Of a stretch of DNA of 11,553 nucleotides, positions 1 to 6,923 are shown piece by piece. Position 1 is the first letter of the stretch, and every line of letters begins with the position of its first letter. A program made the translations under genes and the position numbers. The stretch spans positions 1 to 11,553 of the forward strand of contig WAKA01000214.1 of NCBI GenBank assembly GCA_015523565.1, in the 5' to 3' direction. This DNA is from Candidatus Heimdallarchaeota archaeon. Lineage in GTDB: Archaea > Asgardarchaeota > Heimdallarchaeia > Heimdallarchaeales > Kariarchaeaceae. The notes below the pieces were generated by a model. The model saw only the letters and a program-made list of their open reading frames with translations. It was not told the DNA's origin and did no database searches.

Positions 1-386
1 CCCTTAACCTTGATAGTAAATCCTTTATACCAGCCAAATGGGGCTCTGATGACTTTTGTGAATCTTTCTGTTTTCTTCAAGTCGTCTTCAACTTTCCGCA
101 ATACCTTCAAAGCAATGTCTGGTCTAGAAGGTTTTGAAGTCAAGTGAACCCATGGATAACAGACTATGTTCTTGACTTTAAGTTCATCAGCCACTTTCAA
201 GATTTCCTTGACCGTCTGTTCTGCTGTTGCCTCAAAATTCTCTTCATCCCCTTTTTCGACAGCCATCATTGCGACAAGTGCCTCTGATACATGGACTGGC
301 TCCTTTGACACTTCTTCGGCTGCTTTAATGGCCTTTTTTTTCACTTCGTATTCAAACTCATCTGAATGGAGCAGTAAGATTTTCAA
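1..386 (-). CDS. thrS: Archaeal-type threonyl-tRNA synthetase, N-terminal editing domain (5' portion; runs off the left edge)
   Basis: Not in the ORF track. Manual translation from TTG (386-384) gives MKILLLHSDEFEYEVKKKAIKAAEE...ALVAMMAVEKGDE...KVKNIVCYPWVHLTSKPSRP...VIRAPFGWYKGFTIKVKG. This matches the archaeal ThrRS editing-domain motifs (LxxHxD, VEKxDE, YP-x-x-HL, APFGxYKxF). A GGTGA SD lies 6 nt upstream. A free-standing editing protein cannot be excluded because the gene is truncated. Confidence 0.92.
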   Translation of the reverse strand, partial: MKILLLHSDEFEYEVKKKAIKAAEEVSKEPVHVSEALVAMMAVEKGDEENFEATAEQTVKEILKVADELKVKNIVCYPWVHLTSKPSRPDIALKVLRKVEDDLKKTERFTKVIRAPFGWYKGFTIKVK

Positions 387-431
387 TTTGATTCACCACG
401 TTTTAAGTTAACCAATCGACTTGAATCATTG

Positions 432-446
432 TTTAAATAATTTTAC
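432..446 (-). promoter_or_regulatory. Putative BRE/TATA promoter of thrS
   Basis: The minus strand reads GTAAAA-TTATTTAAA, about 45 nt upstream of the TTG start, in the psmA-thrS spacer. Confidence 0.45.
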
Positions 447-463
447 ATTTACAACGGATGAGA

Positions 464-1177
464 TCAAAATACGTCAACAAATTTTGGAATGTCTGCATCT
501 ACGGATATTGTCCAGATTTCAATATCCTTATCACTCAGTTCTTTTGTTTCTTTATCTCCCATGATTTGATCGCTTTCAGTCTGCTTGATTGTGTCTTTTG
601 CAAGTTGAACAATCTCATCTAATGTCATATCTTCGCGGTAATGATCTTTCAGATAACTCATGGCTACTCCGTCTCCGTGTCCAATTGCTTTTGCCTTTGT
701 TTCAAGAAGACCTCCTCCGGGATTAACAAAATAAATTCTTGGCATCCCGTCCGTTTCAATTCCGCCTAATAGTAAACCAACTCCTAAGGGTCTTAATCCT
801 CCCTGTTGTGTAAACATATGGGCGTAATCTGCCAGTCTTGTTGCTACGTATTTTATGTCCGCAGGTGCTCCGTAGGTCATTTTATGCACTTGTGCCTCAA
901 TTCTCGCCCTGCTGATAAGAACCCTTCCGTCAGCCGCAAATCCTGCAAAGATTGCAGCGAAATGGTCATCTATTTGAGATATTTTGCTATTTGGGACATC
1001 CAAATCAGAGGCTCTGATTCTTCCTGCCAATACAACGCCTTCTTTGCATTTAATTGCCACTGAAATTGATCCTCGCCTCATTGCCTCCCTTGCATATTCC
1101 GTTTGGATAATCCTTCCATCGGGATTGTACATTGTTGAGCTTCTATCATATCCTAGTGAAGATCCTGGTGGTAACAT
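464..1177 (-). CDS. psmA: 20S proteasome alpha subunit (divergent)
   Basis: Alpha signature GYDRSSTMYNPDGRIIQTEYAREA (YDR/P/Y gate residues), plus KISQIDDH, ADGRVLISRARIEAQ, FTQQGGLRPLGVGLL and KAIG. AGGAGG SD at 1193-1188. Confidence 0.96.
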   Translation of the reverse strand: MLPPGSSLGYDRSSTMYNPDGRIIQTEYAREAMRRGSISVAIKCKEGVVLAGRIRASDLDVPNSKISQIDDHFAAIFAGFAADGRVLISRARIEAQVHKMTYGAPADIKYVATRLADYAHMFTQQGGLRPLGVGLLLGGIETDGMPRIYFVNPGGGLLETKAKAIGHGDGVAMSYLKDHYREDMTLDEIVQLAKDTIKQTESDQIMGDKETKELSDKDIEIWTISVDADIPKFVDVF

Positions 1178-1193
1178 CTTATTTTTTCCTCCT

Positions 1194-1880
1194 TTATCCT
1201 GTCAATGGGTACTTATCTCCCAATATGGACTTGATCTCATCTTTTGGTACTTCCTTGATCCCGTCCTTTGTGATGATCAACATATCAATTCCGTCACCTG
1301 TTGCAATATCTTTCTTGATTGCAGATCTCAGGGCCAAGAGTGCAACTTTTTTGGCTTGATCTTCCTCCATTTCCGGTTCATACATCGCTTCAAGTACACC
1401 CAATGCAAATGGTGACCCTGATCCTGTTGAAGTATATGGTTCTCTTGTAATAGATCCTGAAGGATCCATGCTGAAAACGTGACTTCCTGTTTCATCAACA
1501 CCTGCAACTATGGGTCCGACAAAATATGGGAAAAAGCTTCTGTATTGACCATACATTATGGTTGCAAGCAAATTGCCAATCATTCTTGTTGGCATTTCCC
1601 TTCCTCTATTCAACTCATATAGGTTGATTTCAGCTCTCATCAGCTTTATTAGGTATTGTGCATCTGAGACCATTCCAGCAATGGACATTGCTGTCCTTTT
1701 TGCGAGTTTATGAAGCTTCTTTGCTCGTGGTGATGCTACCATATATCCTGCAGAAGCCCTTTTGTCTGCAACCATGATTACACCATCCTTGAAGGTCAAG
1801 GCTAATGTGGTGGTTCCATGGATTGGCTCCTTAGGGTTAAGGTAGTCTGGAAAATTAATTTCTGGTTTCTTTCCAATCAT
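1194..1880 (-). CDS. psmB: 20S proteasome beta subunit, catalytically competent (22-aa propeptide)
   Basis: HG|TTT autoprocessing site. Counting from mature Thr1: D17 (ADKR), K33 and G47 are present, as are the GSGS and DIATG motifs of the Ntn-hydrolase active site. Confidence 0.97.
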   Translation of the reverse strand: MIGKKPEINFPDYLNPKEPIHGTTTLALTFKDGVIMVADKRASAGYMVASPRAKKLHKLAKRTAMSIAGMVSDAQYLIKLMRAEINLYELNRGREMPTRMIGNLLATIMYGQYRSFFPYFVGPIVAGVDETGSHVFSMDPSGSITREPYTSTGSGSPFALGVLEAMYEPEMEEDQAKKVALLALRSAIKKDIATGDGIDMLIITKDGIKEVPKDEIKSILGDKYPLTG

Positions 1881-1894
1881 CCTTTATCTATTCC

Positions 1895-1917
1895 AATATG
1901 AACATATTACTTAAAAA
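1895..1917 (-). promoter_or_regulatory. Putative psmB promoter: TATA box (TTTTTAAG, 1917-1910) followed by inverted repeat AATATG-N2-CATATT (1895-1908)
   Basis: TATA-like element about 30 nt upstream of the ATG. A perfect 6-2-6 dyad sits between the TATA box and the expected start site. Confidence 0.5.
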
Positions 1918-2104
1918 TGACTGAGATTTGACTGACAAAAAACCATTGAAAAGGAAGCTTGTAGTTGCCAAAATACTCTTAATTATTTCTATTTAATCTC
2001 AAGGGTTCACCATTTTAATAAGGTGGCGCTTTGTATTGTTCATTTTCACTTTGAATTACCTCCCATTGGTTTTATTATTGCAAACAATATATAAATAATT
2101 AAAG

Positions 2105-2494
2105 ATGACATTGGATATTGTGACGGCGCCGTCTCATTCCCCTCATTCTGGAATAACATTGCACAATGCAGTGATAATCGCCGTTGGCACTTTGGGTGGT
2201 CCCATTTCAATAAATGAGGCGTATGAATCATTTAGGGCTCTTATAGGGAAACTTAACATGAATCTGTCATTTTCTTCTCTCTCTTATAATACATTTGAGG
2301 CATTTATCCACAAGCTATCAAAAAAAGGTCTATTGCAAAGCATGACCATTGAAACTAAAGACGGACGTCATATCTATACCTATTTTCTGTCTGAGAATGG
2401 TTACCGCAAATATAGACAGATTATTGAGGAATTTCGGTCTTCTGTCAGATTTATGGATGCAATTAATCTCATTCGAAAATCATTTTGGCAATAA
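2105..2494 (+). CDS. Winged helix-turn-helix protein, PadR-like transcriptional regulator
   Basis: 129 aa. Helix-turn-helix region SYNTFEAFIHKLSKKGLL is followed by a beta-wing (SMTIETKDGRHIYTYFLSENG, matching the YxLTxxG pattern) and a C-terminal helix. A TTTTATTA TATA-like box lies at about 2070-2077. Confidence 0.7.
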   Translation: MTLDIVTAPSHSPHSGITLHNAVIIAVGTLGGPISINEAYESFRALIGKLNMNLSFSSLSYNTFEAFIHKLSKKGLLQSMTIETKDGRHIYTYFLSENGYRKYRQIIEEFRSSVRFMDAINLIRKSFWQ

Positions 2495-3277
2495 TCAAGC
2501 CGCAAGAAGCATTTGCACAGATTTAATGACATGGTCAAGTTCTGCAATTTTTTCCACTAGGTCATTATTTCTTTTCTTGTATTCCTCTTCCGTGATTTCC
2601 TCCAATTCTTTTTTCAAATACAAATTCTCTCTTTCACGTCTTTTCTTGTTAATTTCTTCTTTCAATTCATCAAGCCACTTCCTCAGATATCCGTTAACAG
2701 TTGCCCTTTGTCCTTCCAGAAGCTCTAAATTCTCTAAATATTGTTGTTTTGCTTCCCGTATGGTCTCCTTAGATATATTGCTTGACTTTTTAATTTCTCT
2801 TAACTTATTAAATTTCTCTCGTGCCTCTTCAATCTGATCTAAAAGGACTTCAATTGGTAATTCTTCTGGCAATGAGTTATATTGTTTTTCTTCTTCTATG
2901 ATTTTCTTAACCTCTTTCTTTAGTTCTTCAATTCGTGGCTTAGCATAATCTGTTTTTACAATCCCTGATTTTACTTGCTCAAGCCAAGACTCCACCTCTT
3001 CCAGCAATTCGCTTTTTTTCTCCGCCAATTGCCTTCTTTTTGATCTGGATGCAAGAACCCTGTAATACAATTCTTTATCGAATACCTGTTGTTCGGTTTC
3101 AACTTTGGTTCCTTCTTCAATATGAGGTTCTTCTGCATTTCTCATCTCTTCCCTTATTTCACTCTTTATCTCATCAAGCTTAGGTGATGAAGGCTTAGTG
3201 TCCTTTAGTTTAGTGCCGCAATATCTGCAATACTTCCAGTTGTCTTTTATTTCATTTCCACAAACTTTACAATTCAT
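2495..3277 (-). CDS. Zinc-ribbon protein with repeated helical hairpins (CdvA-like coiled coil)
   Basis: N-terminal CKVC-x10-CRYC ribbon, then a charged linker, then three helix-turn-helix units (QVKSGIVKTDY, IKKSSNISKETI, LKKELEEITEEEY). These resemble the GxIS/TxExY hairpins of the CdvA coiled-coil region. The CDS is certain; the family call is less so. Confidence 0.65.
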   Translation of the reverse strand: MNCKVCGNEIKDNWKYCRYCGTKLKDTKPSSPKLDEIKSEIREEMRNAEEPHIEEGTKVETEQQVFDKELYYRVLASRSKRRQLAEKKSELLEEVESWLEQVKSGIVKTDYAKPRIEELKKEVKKIIEEEKQYNSLPEELPIEVLLDQIEEAREKFNKLREIKKSSNISKETIREAKQQYLENLELLEGQRATVNGYLRKWLDELKEEINKKRRERENLYLKKELEEITEEEYKKRNNDLVEKIAELDHVIKSVQMLLAA

Positions 3278-3298
3278 ATCCGAAATAATATATTCTGG

Positions 3299-3308
3299 CT
3301 TAAATAAA
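3299..3308 (-). promoter_or_regulatory. Putative TATA box for a leaderless or near-leaderless transcript of the Zn-ribbon/coiled-coil gene
   Basis: TTTATTTAAG on the minus strand ends about 22 nt before the ATG at 3277, and no SD is visible. Confidence 0.45.
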
Positions 3309-3363
3309 AAAGCTTCTCTTATTAATTATCTTGTTTTTTCACTTCTATTGGATATGTTTTTTC

Positions 3364-4326
3364 TCATACAATTAATTCTTTTTCCTCAAGCCATCTTGAT
3401 GCATCAATTGCTGCTCTGCATCCATCTCCCGCGGCTGTGATCGCTTGTCTGTATCTTATATCAACAACATCCCCTGCGGCGAATACACCTTCTTTGGAAG
3501 TCATTGTATGTTCAAATGTTTTGACATATCCAAGCTCATCCATTTCAATTTGCCCTTTGAATATTTCCGTGTTGGGTTTATGTCCAATTGCAATGAACAG
3601 TCCATCTATTTCAATAGTTGAGGTCTCTCCTGTTTGTGTATTTTTCAGTTCAGCTCCGATGACCTTTTCCAGGAATCCGTCTTTCTTTGATAATACCTCT
3701 GTAACAACATGGTTCCATATGATTTCTATTTTATCGTTGTCAAACACTCTTTGTTGCATTATTTTTGATGCCCTGAATTTATCTCTTCTATGGATAATGT
3801 ATACTTTCTTTGCATATCGTGTCAGAAATAATGCCTCTTCCATTGCAGAATCCCCGCCACCAACAAGGGCCACAACTTTATCCTTGTAGAATGCCCCATC
3901 ACAGGTGGCACAACTAGATACCCCTGATCCGATCAGTTTTTGCTCTGATTCAAGTCCTAACCATTTAGCGCTTGCTCCTGTTGCAATGACGATTGCATTG
4001 GCGGTAAATTCCTTGTCATAGGTTTTTACCCGAAAAGGGGGACCTTGTGAAAAATCAACCTCTGTAACATCTTCGTTCAATATTTCCGCACCAAATTTAA
4101 TTGCCTGTTCCCTCATCTCTTCCATCAGCTTCGGTCCCTGGATGCCATTTGCGAAACCAGGAAAGTTTTCCACTTCTGTAGTAAGCATGAGTTGACCTCC
4201 TGCCTGATATCCTGCCAACACAAGCGGGCTCAATTCTCCTCTGCCCAAATAAATGGCTGCTGTATACCCGGCAGGACCTCCGCCTATGACAATGACATTT
4301 CTGTGGTTAATTGCCTCTGTGCTCAT
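3364..4326 (-). CDS. trxB: Thioredoxin-disulfide reductase (low-MW type)
   Basis: FAD motif GGGPAG, GGQLMLTTEVENFPGF, redox CATC, NADPH motifs GGGDSA and HRRDKFR, and the C-terminal GVFAAGD...YRQAITAAGDG. Confidence 0.97.
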   Translation of the reverse strand: MSTEAINHRNVIVIGGGPAGYTAAIYLGRGELSPLVLAGYQAGGQLMLTTEVENFPGFANGIQGPKLMEEMREQAIKFGAEILNEDVTEVDFSQGPPFRVKTYDKEFTANAIVIATGASAKWLGLESEQKLIGSGVSSCATCDGAFYKDKVVALVGGGDSAMEEALFLTRYAKKVYIIHRRDKFRASKIMQQRVFDNDKIEIIWNHVVTEVLSKKDGFLEKVIGAELKNTQTGETSTIEIDGLFIAIGHKPNTEIFKGQIEMDELGYVKTFEHTMTSKEGVFAAGDVVDIRYRQAITAAGDGCRAAIDASRWLEEKELIV

Positions 4327-4382
4327 ACCTCTTCATCCTTATTGGTTTATTTAATGTACTAGGTTATAGAAAGAGAACTTCG

Positions 4383-5144
4383 CTAGAAATCAATGTCAAT
4401 TTTCTGTATTTTTGGTTTTTTCAAGTCATCATCCATTAATGAGACCTTTGGCTTTACAAGTATCTCTTCTTCCTCATCGTCTTCCTCTTCCCCATTTTCA
4501 GAAGGCAGAAATTTCCAGGATTTTAACTCTAATGAAAAGTATACGTCATCTTTTCCTGGACAACTGACTCTTATTGTAAGTTGATTTTCATCATGTTCTA
4601 TAACTTCTGGATGGAGGCATTCCTCCTTAAGCTTTTCAAATAGGAATTCAACATATGCTCTTGAGATTATTTCTGTATTGCTACTCAAGATTTTCTTTCC
4701 AAGGCTTCCAACGTAGTAATGGACATTTCTCCCTCTTTTTTCTGATTTTACGAGATTAACCTCGGTTAGTCGATTGATATGGTGCCTAATTGTATCATGA
4801 TGATAGCTTAATTCTTTGGTTATCTGTGATTGATAGCACCCTGGATTGTTGATGATGTATTCGAAAATCTTTTGGCTAACTGGTGTCCTAAGCACGACAA
4901 ATGCCTTTTCTACCTCTGCATCCCTTAATGCAGTTGAAAAGAATACTCTTTTCCCAGCGAATCTCATTGTACTTACTAGTCCCGCTTCTGCCAACTTTTT
5001 CAAATGCCACGCCACCGTTCCATGTGGTAAATCCAACTCTGAAGCAATCTCAAAAAAATAGCTTCCTGGACTCTCCGAGATAATTTGGTAAATCTTTCTC
5101 CTTAAGGGATGCATCAGAAGTACCGCACGCTTTTCCTTAGGCAT
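4383..5144 (-). CDS. Tandem winged-helix (ArsR-like x2, COG3398-type) transcriptional regulator with an extra C-terminal domain and acidic tail
   Basis: Two HTH repeats: RRKIYQIISESPG...HGTVAWHLKKLAEAGLV and SQKIFEYIINNPG...HDTIRHHINRLTEVNLV..EKRGR. These are followed by about 60 aa of alpha/beta sequence and EEEDDEEEE. Confidence 0.85.
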   Translation of the reverse strand: MPKEKRAVLLMHPLRRKIYQIISESPGSYFFEIASELDLPHGTVAWHLKKLAEAGLVSTMRFAGKRVFFSTALRDAEVEKAFVVLRTPVSQKIFEYIINNPGCYQSQITKELSYHHDTIRHHINRLTEVNLVKSEKRGRNVHYYVGSLGKKILSSNTEIISRAYVEFLFEKLKEECLHPEVIEHDENQLTIRVSCPGKDDVYFSLELKSWKFLPSENGEEEDDEEEEILVKPKVSLMDDDLKKPKIQKIDIDF

Positions 5145-5360
5145 TGCTCACAAACCGCCTCATATAAATTTGAAACTTATTATTTTTAAGGTCAATTGTA
5201 TACCCTCGTAAAAATCTACGAATTATTATATTTCTGAAAAAATTGCTTGAAGTAAATGATCAGAGCTCAATTGTAAGATGATAATTATTTTCTAAAATCT
5301 CTTCCATCTTCTGGTCTGCTGTGCAATGACTTTAAAGTTTTGTAATTTCTGATAGAAGAT

Positions 5361-6389
5361 ATGGCTGTTTCCGTGATAACCTTGATTCTGGCTGGCATGG
5401 CAATTTTAGTTGTTTTTATACTTGCAAAATCTTTGCAAATTGCCTATCGTTCCAGTAACTTGAGCAAAGAAATGGCAAATGTGGCATTTTTGGCACCAAC
5501 CCTTTACATTGTTGTTGATGTGCTAATTGATTTTATCAGTTCCTTCTTTCTTCTTAATGAGGTAATCTTAAATTTTGTAAAATATTTGGTTTTAGGGTCT
5601 GTCTTCGTGATATACATCTTTTTCTTCTCGAAATTCTATCATATTAATAAGTCAATGATGATACTGGCTAAAAATCAACAATTGTTGAGCAATTTGGAGA
5701 CAGAAAAGATGAAGTGGACTGGATATTACAATTCTGGAGAATTCAAGGACATGCGAGATTCATTGTTGAAATTGGATAAATCCATTGTTGAGTTAAAACG
5801 TATCTATCGAATTAATTCAGAAAGACTTGTGGAATCCGTTTCTTCAATCAAGTCTATCTTGAACAATCTTTCTTCATACTATCTTGAATTAACCCGATTG
5901 AATACAGACCTAATCGATGGACTCAAAACAAATGATGTGTTTTGGAATCAAATCTCCAATACATTACGTCATCAAAATGATTCACTCATTCGATCAATTG
6001 AACAGATGGAAGAAACAACAAAACTTGTTGAATATCTCAATGACCAAATCAATCTTGTTGCAATCAATGCGGCAATAGAGGCTGCGCATGCAGGAGAAGA
6101 GGGAGAAGGATTTATTTTGGTCGCAGACAATATCCACAATTTGTCTGTACAGTCACGCAATTCAGCAAATACATTGAATGAAAATATCAAAATGCTTAGT
6201 TCTGATATTTTGATTGATCAGAGGGAGCTTCTTGAAAAAACGGAAAAAATCAGCCTGTTCTTAAATGAAATCAAATCACTTTCCAATAAAATATCCCATG
6301 AAATCCGAGATTCCACTGCATATTTGGATCAAGTGGACAAATCCATAGAATCCGTGATTGAAATAGAAAGTGAGCTTAAATCATTATAA
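5361..6389 (+). CDS. Methyl-accepting chemotaxis (MCP) signalling-domain membrane protein, degenerate
   Basis: About three N-terminal hydrophobic helices, a long heptad region, and the hairpin tip QINLVAINAAIEAAHAGEEGEGFILVA (consensus QTNLLALNAAIEAARAGExGRGFAVVA). Confidence 0.85.
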   Translation: MAVSVITLILAGMAILVVFILAKSLQIAYRSSNLSKEMANVAFLAPTLYIVVDVLIDFISSFFLLNEVILNFVKYLVLGSVFVIYIFFFSKFYHINKSMMILAKNQQLLSNLETEKMKWTGYYNSGEFKDMRDSLLKLDKSIVELKRIYRINSERLVESVSSIKSILNNLSSYYLELTRLNTDLIDGLKTNDVFWNQISNTLRHQNDSLIRSIEQMEETTKLVEYLNDQINLVAINAAIEAAHAGEEGEGFILVADNIHNLSVQSRNSANTLNENIKMLSSDILIDQRELLEKTEKISLFLNEIKSLSNKISHEIRDSTAYLDQVDKSIESVIEIESELKSL

Positions 6390-6922
6390 TGGGCATAATC
6401 TGAAGGTGTATCCAAATCAAAAGAGAGTGTCTCCATTTCTATACATTGAACGCCAGTGGTATAATTAGAAGCCATGAATTTCATAAAGGAATTAACACCA
6501 AAAGGAATCTTTGAAACCATGGAAACACTGCCAATTGCCATGGTAATTCCTCCATCAAATGACTTGACAATACATGGGGCTTTATTAATGACTTGTTTTA
6601 CTTCCATTGCATTGATGAATGGAATATCTGGCATAATAAGACAAACGAGTTCTTGTTGTGGTAATTGCAATTTTTCAAAAGCTGAACGGATTGCAATTAG
6701 CAAGGAACTCCCCTTGTCCAAAAGCACAGGTATGTGCCTATAATCTTTCAATACTTCCTTATCTGCTGTCAGTATATAAGGAGAAAGCCCAATTTCCATT
6801 ATGACCTCAATTGTTTTCCCCAAAAATTCTTTTGTTAAACTATTGACCGTCTCGTCTGGAAGCTTCTGACGCAACCTCTGCTTGGATAATTTATATCCAC
6901 GGAATGGGACAAAAGCTTTCAT
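6329..6922 (-). CDS. cofC: CofC-like guanylyltransferase (2-phospho-L-lactate/PEP guanylyltransferase, F420 pathway)
   Basis: MKAFVPFR...SKQRL, IMPDIP, DGG, FGVNSF and DLDTPSD match the CofC motif order. The start is reassigned to the ATG at 6922, 1 nt after the upstream TGA, rather than 6985. Confidence 0.72.
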   Translation of the reverse strand: MKAFVPFRGYKLSKQRLRQKLPDETVNSLTKEFLGKTIEVIMEIGLSPYILTADKEVLKDYRHIPVLLDKGSSLLIAIRSAFEKLQLPQQELVCLIMPDIPFINAMEVKQVINKAPCIVKSFDGGITMAIGSVSMVSKIPFGVNSFMKFMASNYTTGVQCIEMETLSFDLDTPSDYAHYNDLSSLSISITDSMDLST

Positions 6923-6923
6923 T

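Noticed and set aside
166-1415. Plus-strand ORFs 166-411, 806-1063, 984-1415 and 1132-1359
   Set aside because: Antisense shadows of thrS, psmA and psmB with no recognisable motifs.
464-1880. Actinobacterial Pup-proteasome locus
   Set aside because: The gene order matches prcBA, but the sequences are archaeal-type (alpha has GYDR...PDGR) and pup, pafA, dop and arc are absent.
464-4400. HbYX proteasome-activator tails on neighbouring proteins (…SFWQ, …LLAA, …IDF, …DVF)
   Set aside because: None has a penultimate Tyr. FWQ on the wHTH protein is only loosely similar, which is too weak to claim.
2046-5083. ORFs 2046-2231(-), 2349-2837(+), 3198-3440(+), 3437-3889(+), 4393-4584(+), 4846-5061(+) and 4901-5083(+)
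   Set aside because: They overlap well-supported genes, mostly on the opposite strand, and most have the Ser/Phe/Leu-rich composition typical of the reverse complement of Lys/Glu-rich genes.
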